NCBI GenBank assembly: GCA_029260215.1
Contig: JAJDDQ010000076.1
Span: 32,148 to 96,147 of the forward strand
DNA from: Phycisphaerae bacterium
Lineage (GTDB): Bacteria; Planctomycetota; Phycisphaerae; UBA1845
Length of the DNA: 64,000 nucleotides
Direction: 5' to 3'
Positions 57,504 to 64,000 of this stretch are shown here, in pieces (the first letter of the stretch is position 1; every line of letters begins with the position of its first letter). The notes beneath the pieces are model-generated. The model worked only from the letters and a program-made list of their open reading frames with translations, did no database searches and had not been told where the DNA came from. A program made the translations under genes and the position numbers.

Positions 57504-60368
57504 TTAGCCCCCAGGCTTCATGACCGTGGTTCCCGCCAGCCCCGTAAAACGGCGCGATCCCAAAGCAGCCTGCGGCAGACCCTCAGGCCAAAGCGAGAAC
57601 GACACGCCCACGTTGTCGTCGGCTTCGTTGATTTCGAAAATCACGGCTGCGTTCCAGCCCGGGTAGCGACGAACATACGCCACCGTCGAATCGAGCAGCC
57701 GGCCGTTCTGCAGGTCAACCAGTTCCCGCAACGCCAGCGAGTGCTTGGGATCAATCCGATAGGTCATGCCGAAACCAAGAAGGTTCGAGTTCGATTCCTC
57801 GATAAACCGGTAATCGACGCCGTAACTCAAACTCGGCGACCGATCCACCTGAAAACCAACGTCGAAAATGTCGATCTCGGCGTCATTCAGATCGTAGTTC
57901 ATCTCGCTCAGGAACATCGTCGTATCGCTCATCCGCCAGACGTACGACGTGTTGAGGAAATTCCGCGACACGCTGTTCTCAGGACGCGTGTACGAAACAT
58001 ACCCGTTCGTGAAATCACGCGACCGGCCGTCGTTGAACAACCCAAGTTCAATATCCAGCGTCATCCAATCCACCACACGCCTATTGTCAGGACCACCACG
58101 TTTGGTCTGCAATTTCTGCGACACGCCGATTTTCACACCGTCGAAATCGTCAATACCCTCCACCGAACGATCGTTCAAAAACAATTCGCCCGACACCCGA
58201 TTTGAATGCGACATCCAAGCCACCACCTCCGGCTTGATCACATGCCGAATCCCGCTGATATCGAGCGCCTCATTACGCACATTCGGATAGACCTTCGAAA
58301 AGTACATGCTCCCGCGCACGCCGTAAGACAGAAACAACCGCGATGCCCCACCCTCCGGTTGAGCCACAATCAAATTGCTCCACGCATCGTTCGACCGCGT
58401 CTCATCCCACGCCGAACCGCGCAACACCAGGAACGGCGCAAGACGCACCGGCCCGACATCAATCGGCACGCTCAACTCCTGGCGCGAATCGATCCGCGCA
58501 GTCGTGGACGACGACGGACCGTCGGTTCCTTCGGTGATCAGAATGAAGAACTCCTTCTCCGCCGCACGATAACGTGTAAGACCCGCCCGATTCTCACTGT
58601 ACCAGGACGCCCAGTCTCCTACCGGCTCACCCACAACCCGAAAACTCAATTCCGGCAATCGCTCAACCTGCGTGTAAAAATCATTAGTACGCCACTGCGT
58701 CAGCGCCGTAAATGCCCAGTTCTCTCGCTGTTTCTTCAGATAAATCAGAGATTCCTGATCCTTGTCTTCTTCAAATTCCGTCTTGTAATACTCTTCCAGA
58801 AAGGCCCGATCACTGATGTAGGACGCCTCCACCGTCAGTTCCCAATCCTCGGGCAGGTAATGCCGGTGACGCCATCGAGCACGCCCGCGCGTACCGAAAT
58901 CGTTGCGATTCGAACGAAATTTCCCCAGCTTGTCTCGCCCGCTGTCGTTGACCACGTAGCTGTCGAGGTACCCGAAGTAGGTGTCGCGCTCGTAGTCCAG
59001 ATCCAAACCCGCCGCCGGACCACGATCCGTCAACAAATCCAGCGACAACCGTGCGTCGAAACCGTCCGGTGCCTGCAAACTCGCCAGACTGAAAAAGTCC
59101 CAATCCGTCTCCAGGCGAAACCCGAACGTGCCGTCGTACCCGGTGCCAAGCTGCCGCAACGCCCGATCCGACACCCCCATACGCCCGGTCAACGAAGGCC
59201 AACGAAAAATCGGAGTGTTGTAAACATTGAACGTTGGGCTTTCGATGCGGTAACGCGATCGGCTGAACCGGCCCGAATCCTCGAACAAATTCGAGACCGA
59301 CTGATCCTCGACCACGATGCGATTCGAACCAATGTGATAATGCGGCGTGTGATACGTACTCGTGGTCAGCTCAGCCCCCGTCGCCTCGAAAGCCCCACTG
59401 CCAAGCTGACGAATCTCTTCCGCACGAAGCACGATCGAAACGTTCGTACCCGGCATGTCCGCACGAGCCACCGCATCCAGAATCAACGCCCGATCCTGAT
59501 CGAGATCATAGTAAAGACGTTCGGCTGACACACGACGATCGCCGAACGTCATGCGAATGTCCCCTTCGAGGTACACCGACTCCAGATCCCCCCCACCCGA
59601 TCCTGACGACGACGCTTCACCTTTTGCGGAATCCGCCGCCCGCAGAAAAACGACCGCAGTCTCAGCCCGCAACTCCAGCCAGTCGTGCCCGATCCCGCCA
59701 CGGGAAAGATTGATCCCACCGTCACAGACGATGACGCGCCGGCCGTCGTCCAGCACCTTGAGCGTCGTGGAGGCTGCGTCGAAGTGAAGTTCCGGTGGGT
59801 CAGGCGGAGACTCCACCTGCTTGGGCGTCACCGTCAGCGGAGGTCGCGATTCGACGGACCCGGTATCCACCAGCCCCGCACGCACCCGATCCCGCAATGC
59901 CATCGCATCCTGATAGACAGCCGTGTCCGCCGACGAACCGAACGCCTTCCGATCCGCCGAAAGAAAAACTTCACCAAAACTCGACAGCGTCACGAAAAGA
60001 AGCGGAGCCTCCGTCACCGTGCCAGCCGGCTCGACAACCATCGCCTCCCGATAAAGGAAAATCTCAAAGGTGTGATACGTGCGACCGCGATAGTCGCGCG
60101 GCGTCATCCAGACAATAGCCTGCTTCGCCGCCAGCGAACGGTCGCCAATTTCCATCTCGAAATCGCCGACGACGTGCATGACATGCGCATCACCGTCGTC
60201 GAAAAGGTAGGCCAACTGCCCCGAAATCGATGCGCCCGCACGGGATATCCCCGTCGGCAAAAGGGGGCTACCCACTTCGTCCTGCAAGGGCACCAGCGGT
60301 TGGCCGACCGCAACGCCAGCCAACCCCACCAGCGCCGCGCAAAGCATGCGTGCTTTCCCGACGGGCAT
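57504..60368 (-). CDS. lptD: LPS-assembly protein LptD/OstA-like outer-membrane beta-barrel
   Basis: OstA-like 'VYLEGDI...AERLYYD', 'YISDRAFLEEYY', 'ERLPEL', 'RHVIKP'. Start placed at ATG 60368 (or 60347) because a promoter lies at 60461-60488. Confidence 0.75.
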   Translation of the reverse strand: MPVGKARMLCAALVGLAGVAVGQPLVPLQDEVGSPLLPTGISRAGASISGQLAYLFDDGDAHVMHVVGDFEMEIGDRSLAAKQAIVWMTPRDYRGRTYHTFEIFLYREAMVVEPAGTVTEAPLLFVTLSSFGEVFLSADRKAFGSSADTAVYQDAMALRDRVRAGLVDTGSVESRPPLTVTPKQVESPPDPPELHFDAASTTLKVLDDGRRVIVCDGGINLSRGGIGHDWLELRAETAVVFLRAADSAKGEASSSGSGGGDLESVYLEGDIRMTFGDRRVSAERLYYDLDQDRALILDAVARADMPGTNVSIVLRAEEIRQLGSGAFEATGAELTTSTYHTPHYHIGSNRIVVEDQSVSNLFEDSGRFSRSRYRIESPTFNVYNTPIFRWPSLTGRMGVSDRALRQLGTGYDGTFGFRLETDWDFFSLASLQAPDGFDARLSLDLLTDRGPAAGLDLDYERDTYFGYLDSYVVNDSGRDKLGKFRSNRNDFGTRGRARWRHRHYLPEDWELTVEASYISDRAFLEEYYKTEFEEDKDQESLIYLKKQRENWAFTALTQWRTNDFYTQVERLPELSFRVVGEPVGDWASWYSENRAGLTRYRAAEKEFFILITEGTDGPSSSTTARIDSRQELSVPIDVGPVRLAPFLVLRGSAWDETRSNDAWSNLIVAQPEGGASRLFLSYGVRGSMYFSKVYPNVRNEALDISGIRHVIKPEVVAWMSHSNRVSGELFLNDRSVEGIDDFDGVKIGVSQKLQTKRGGPDNRRVVDWMTLDIELGLFNDGRSRDFTNGYVSYTRPENSVSRNFLNTSYVWRMSDTTMFLSEMNYDLNDAEIDIFDVGFQVDRSPSLSYGVDYRFIEESNSNLLGFGMTYRIDPKHSLALRELVDLQNGRLLDSTVAYVRRYPGWNAAVIFEINEADDNVGVSFSLWPEGLPQAALGSRRFTGLAGTTVMKPGG

Positions 60369-60460
60369 CAGTCCGTAGGCCACCTTCTGTTGGAGAATCG
60401 AAGCGCCGAACCGGTCGGAACGGGGTCCGCGCCTGTTAGTCGCCGACCGGATTCGCCGCC

Positions 60461-60488
60461 AGTATAGCGCAGCCCCAAACACTGTCAA
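60461..60488 (-). promoter_or_regulatory. Near-consensus sigma70 promoter for the lptD-like gene
   Basis: Minus strand TTGACA-16 bp-TATACT. Confidence 0.7.
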
Positions 60489-60895
60489 TTCAACATCCGC
60501 AGTCCGAACGCCCGGCTTGGCGAAACGCAAATGTCGATAGCAAAGCTACTTACGCAAAAATCGCAGCACACGCACACCCAACCCGCACCACGCCCGCAGG
60601 AAAGCTCGCTTTGGTTCGCAACCCGAATGGAATCGCGAGCAGCGCAACATGAGAGTCTTTTTTCGGGGCGGGGTTTCCAGGCTCGCCGATGCTGTTACGG
60701 GATCGCACGAAGCTGTTACAATCCGCGATTCAGGTTCTAACAGCCAATCGTGCGAGAATCAGGCATAATAGATGTAGTGGCAGATTCCGATTCCTCGGGA
60801 CAGATTCCGATATCCTGGACAATTCGATCGGGTAGCGAGACGATAACGGGGTGCATACAACACGCGTTCGGACAGAACACAAAAGGAGGTAGACG

Positions 60896-61996
60896 ATGGG
60901 TCTTCTCGACATGCTACGCGGCGAACTCATTGACATCATCGAATGGGTCGACCACACGCGCGACACGCTCGTTTGGCGATTCCCGCGCTACCGCAACGAG
61001 ATCAAGAACGGCGCACAACTCATCGTCCGCCCCGGGCAGATGGCCGTTTTCGTCCATCGCGGACAATTGGCCGACGTGTTCGAACCGGGCGCGTACCTGG
61101 TCTCCACGCAGAATCTGCCAATTCTCAGCACGCTCCAGGGCTGGAAACACGGATTTGAAAGCCCGTTCAAATCCGAGGTTTACTTCGTCAACACAACGCA
61201 GGTCACCGATCTGAAATGGGGCACGCCCAACCCCATCATGCTCCGCGACCCGGATTTCGGCCCCATTCGCCTGCGCGCGTTCGGCACCTACACAATCAAA
61301 GCCACCGACCCCGGCGCGCTGCTCAAGGAACTCGTCGGTACGGACGCATCCTTTGAAGCCGATGAAATCACCGAACTGCTCCGCTCCATCATCAACTCCT
61401 GCCTCGCCGATGTGCTCGGAAAATCACAGATAGCCGCCCTCGACCTCGCAGCCAACTATCAGTCGCTGGCTGAGGAGGTCCGCACCGCCACGGTTCAACG
61501 CGTGGACGACGAATACGGGCTTGACATACCACAGCTCTACATCGTGAACATTTCCCTGCCGGCTGAGGTCGAAAAGGCGCTCGACACACGCACCAGCATG
61601 GGCGTCATCGGGGACATGAACCGATTCCAGCAATACCAGATGGGCACAGCCATGACCGCCGCCGCCAACAACCCCGCCGGCGGAGGCGCTTCGGAAGGCA
61701 TGGGACTCGGCATGGGGTTCGCGATGGCCAATCAGATGATGCACGGTATGCAAAACGCAGGCAGCCCGTCGCCACCCCCGGTTCCGGGCGGTCAACCTGT
61801 CTGGCACGTCGCTATCGACGGTCTAACACAAGGCCCGCTCAACGCCCAGCAGTTTGGTGCGGCTGCCGCTCAGGGGAAATTCACACCGACAACACTGGTC
61901 TGGACCGCAGGAATGCAGGATTGGGCACCGGCGGGACAGGTTCAACCGCTCGCCGCGTCGTTTTCAATGACCCCACCGCCGCCGCCCAAGAGCTGA
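60896..61996 (+). CDS. SPFH/band-7 domain protein (YdjI-like) with C-terminal GYF_2 domain
   Basis: 'DIIEW', 'LSTLQGWKHGFESPFKSEVYF', 'KWGTPNP', 'ISLP.EVEKALD'; 'WHVAIDG...GP...VW..GM.DW'; AGGAGG RBS. Confidence 0.9.
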   Translation: MGLLDMLRGELIDIIEWVDHTRDTLVWRFPRYRNEIKNGAQLIVRPGQMAVFVHRGQLADVFEPGAYLVSTQNLPILSTLQGWKHGFESPFKSEVYFVNTTQVTDLKWGTPNPIMLRDPDFGPIRLRAFGTYTIKATDPGALLKELVGTDASFEADEITELLRSIINSCLADVLGKSQIAALDLAANYQSLAEEVRTATVQRVDDEYGLDIPQLYIVNISLPAEVEKALDTRTSMGVIGDMNRFQQYQMGTAMTAAANNPAGGGASEGMGLGMGFAMANQMMHGMQNAGSPSPPPVPGGQPVWHVAIDGLTQGPLNAQQFGAAAAQGKFTPTTLVWTAGMQDWAPAGQVQPLAASFSMTPPPPPKS

Positions 61997-62024
61997 CGCC
62001 GGCACCAATTGCCCCAAGAACCCT

Positions 62025-63191
62025 ATGCCGGACGCGCCAACACCGATTTCCTCCAACGAACCACCAGCCCCGCCCAAGGACGGTGGTGCGGATTCGGCGG
62101 AAACAGCCAAAGGCCGGGTATTTCCCTGCCTGGGTTGCGGGGCGGATCTTACATTCCATATCGGTCTTCAGAAGCTAAAATGCCCATTCTGCGGCCACAC
62201 CGAATCGATTGACCTCGACCCAACTGCCGAGGTCGTGGAAAAAGATTTCACAGCCCTCATCGAGCGACTGGTGGAACTGCGGGGCACACACGGTGCCGAT
62301 CGCGAACGCGGCTTGAAAGAAGTATCATGCAACGCTTGCGGTGCGAAGATTCGATTCACCGGAACGCTCACAAGCAGCGAATGTGCCCATTGCGGCGGTC
62401 CGGTGCAGCTCGAAAACGCCCACCAAGCCGATAACCGCGTGCCCACCGACGGTTTGCTGCCATTCACGGTTGACCGCAAGACCGCGACGAAAAACCTCGC
62501 CGCCTGGGTACGTTCTTTGTGGTTCGCGCCCAATGAATTCAAACGGCGGGGCGCGCACGGAAAATTCAACGGCCTGTATCTGCCCTATTGGACGTTCGAT
62601 TCTCTGACGCACACGCAATTCTCCGGCATGCGCGGGACGACGTACATGGTTACGGTCGGCAGCGGAAAGAATCGCCGCACTGTCACACGCATACGCTGGA
62701 CGCCCGTTTCAGGCCAATTCCAGCGGTTTTTCGACGATGTTCTGGTTCCCGCCGCAGGCAAATTCCCACCCGACCGCATTCGCGATCTTGAGCCGTGGCC
62801 CTTGAAAGACACCGTGCCGTTTGATGAAAAAATGCTTGCGGGGCTGATGGCCATGACTTACGATCTGCCCCCCGATGTCGGGTTCATTCAGGCAAAGCAG
62901 CGAATAGACTCTCTGATTCGGGAAGAAATATGTCAGCGAATCGGCGGAAATCTCCAGAAAGTTCTGTCGGTTCGGACAAGCGTCGACGCCGTCACCTACA
63001 AGCACTTGCTCCTGCCTCTGTGGATGTTGGCCTATCGTTACAAACAGAAAACTTTCCAGATTCTTGTCAACGCGGTAACAGGTGAAGTCCAGGGCGATCG
63101 CCCGTTCAGTTGGGTTAAGATAGCCCTCGCCGTACTCGCGGGCACCGCATTGGCAACCGGTATCGCCCTTTTCGCCGCCTCGAACAGCTAA
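62025..63191 (+). CDS. Double Zn-ribbon membrane protein (YdjG-like)
   Basis: CLGCG, CPFCG, CNACG, CAHCG; 'GLYLPYWTFD', 'LLPLW', 'VNAVTGEVQG.RP.SW.KI' + C-terminal TM. Confidence 0.85.
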   Translation: MPDAPTPISSNEPPAPPKDGGADSAETAKGRVFPCLGCGADLTFHIGLQKLKCPFCGHTESIDLDPTAEVVEKDFTALIERLVELRGTHGADRERGLKEVSCNACGAKIRFTGTLTSSECAHCGGPVQLENAHQADNRVPTDGLLPFTVDRKTATKNLAAWVRSLWFAPNEFKRRGAHGKFNGLYLPYWTFDSLTHTQFSGMRGTTYMVTVGSGKNRRTVTRIRWTPVSGQFQRFFDDVLVPAAGKFPPDRIRDLEPWPLKDTVPFDEKMLAGLMAMTYDLPPDVGFIQAKQRIDSLIREEICQRIGGNLQKVLSVRTSVDAVTYKHLLLPLWMLAYRYKQKTFQILVNAVTGEVQGDRPFSWVKIALAVLAGTALATGIALFAASNS

Positions 63192-63195
63192 AATT

Positions 63196-63340
63196 GCAAT
63201 CCCCTATGACCCCCGCTCCAACTCCTGAGAATCAATAGAAAACGGCCATTCCGCCACTGGCCATACGCCCAGCCACTCCGTGAGACACTTCAAATCGTTG
63301 ACACAGGCTGACATTACGTGGACCGAAGATAGGGGATTGC
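63196..63340. repeat. 145-bp segment bounded by a perfect 12-bp inverted repeat
   Basis: GCAATCCCCTAT (63196-63207) / ATAGGGGATTGC (63329-63340); no target duplication seen. Confidence 0.55.
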
Positions 63341-63566
63341 CCGCATTTACGCAGTCGATATGTGCTGTGAACCGCGAGACCGGCAAGCGATGCAACTGCA
63401 TCTGCCAATGCAATTAGCCGGCATCGCGGGCACCGGGGGAATACGCCCTGCGAGCCGTCGGCTTAAACCAGAGCAGGACTTGAACAATCCGCGCGCACAA
63501 GATGCAGCGGAACCCGTCACCCGAAATACAGAATCACGATCCACGATCATTCAGTGAATTTATCTC

Positions 63567-63594
63567 TTGCACACTCATGCGTGCTTGGTATATT
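63567..63594 (+). promoter_or_regulatory. Putative sigma70 promoter for the zinc-finger gene
   Basis: TTGCAC-16 bp-TATATT with extended -10 TG. Confidence 0.55.
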
Positions 63595-63652
63595 CAGGAT
63601 GTGGAGATTGTTTAAGTCCCAATGAATAGGCCAGAAAATAGGGAGAAGCCTA

Positions 63653-63952
63653 ATGGGTCGAAAAAGAGCGAAGGGCACATTCAATTGCCCAAAATGTGAA
63701 CGGGTATTCGGTATGCAGGCGCATCTCGCGCGGCACTTGAGCACCATTCACGCTTCTGCTGCCGACAAAGCGGCGAAGGCGCGTGCCAAGGTAACCAAGA
63801 AGACGCACAGCGCGCCGGTCGGGCGACCGTCCGGACTGGTGTCGCGGCTTGGGCTTCGCGACATGACGCTTGAGCAACTGGGCGAAGTCATTCGCCTGGC
63901 ACGCATCGAAGCTCAGCGCAAACTCGTAGAGTTGCAGGCCACGTTCAACTAG
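63653..63952 (+). CDS. Small basic protein with Kruppel-type C2H2 zinc finger
   Basis: FNCPKCERVFGMQAHLARHLSTIH fits F-x-C-x2-C-x3-F-x5-L-x2-H-x4-H; GGGAG RBS and promoter upstream. Confidence 0.8.
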   Translation: MGRKRAKGTFNCPKCERVFGMQAHLARHLSTIHASAADKAAKARAKVTKKTHSAPVGRPSGLVSRLGLRDMTLEQLGEVIRLARIEAQRKLVELQATFN

Positions 63953-64000
63953 CGTAGTCGAATCGCAATTCCGTCTGACCTTGCGTCAGGCGGGATTGCT

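Noticed and set aside
60369-60530. N-terminal extension of the LptD-like ORF to 60530
   Set aside because: A near-consensus promoter lies inside it, and the signal peptide begins after 60368.
62025-63191. Primosomal protein N' / helicase label often given to this family
   Set aside because: No Walker or helicase motifs; only Zn ribbons and a C-terminal TM.
57145-63594. Lineage-specific 16-bp promoter spacer (three promoters show 16 bp)
   Set aside because: Sample is tiny and hand-picked, and the EPS promoter candidate has 17 bp.
1-64000. CRISPR array, cas genes, transposase or integrase
   Set aside because: No regularly spaced repeat-spacer array and no recognisable Cas, DDE, HUH or recombinase motifs in any ORF.

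Overview
GC-rich bacterial chromosomal window, most likely from a Planctomycetota (Phycisphaerae-like) genome; this is inferred from gene content, not from a marker gene. From left to right it holds: (1) a minus-strand MoxR AAA+/DUF58/vWA operon running off the left edge; (2) a secreted Cys-rich protein with dockerin-like loops; (3) a ~19 kb Wzx/Wzy-type exopolysaccharide operon that also encodes two glycoside hydrolases sharing a duplicated N-terminal module, two methyltransferases and a radical SAM enzyme; (4) secreted/surface proteins, including two tandem cupredoxin-'IDHPLDP' fusions, a group XII-like phospholipase A2, a PQQ-type sugar dehydrogenase and a PEP-CTERM protein; (5) a GH172-GH2-GH39 cluster in which both clan GH-A proteins have lost the catalytic acid/base Glu; (6) a DUF1800/DUF1501 pair; (7) housekeeping genes (arsC-like, ispF, fliM, aroA, tRNA-Cys, lptD-like); (8) a ydjI/ydjG-like pair; and (9) a small Kruppel-type C2H2 zinc-finger gene. 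The main non-coding signal is a family of ~190-245 bp MITEs with IS66-like ends. Two copies have exact 8-bp target duplications, and a third, older copy carries a different REP-like palindrome cargo. No CRISPR array, rRNA or transposase was seen. All family assignments come from motif recognition by eye; no database searches were run.
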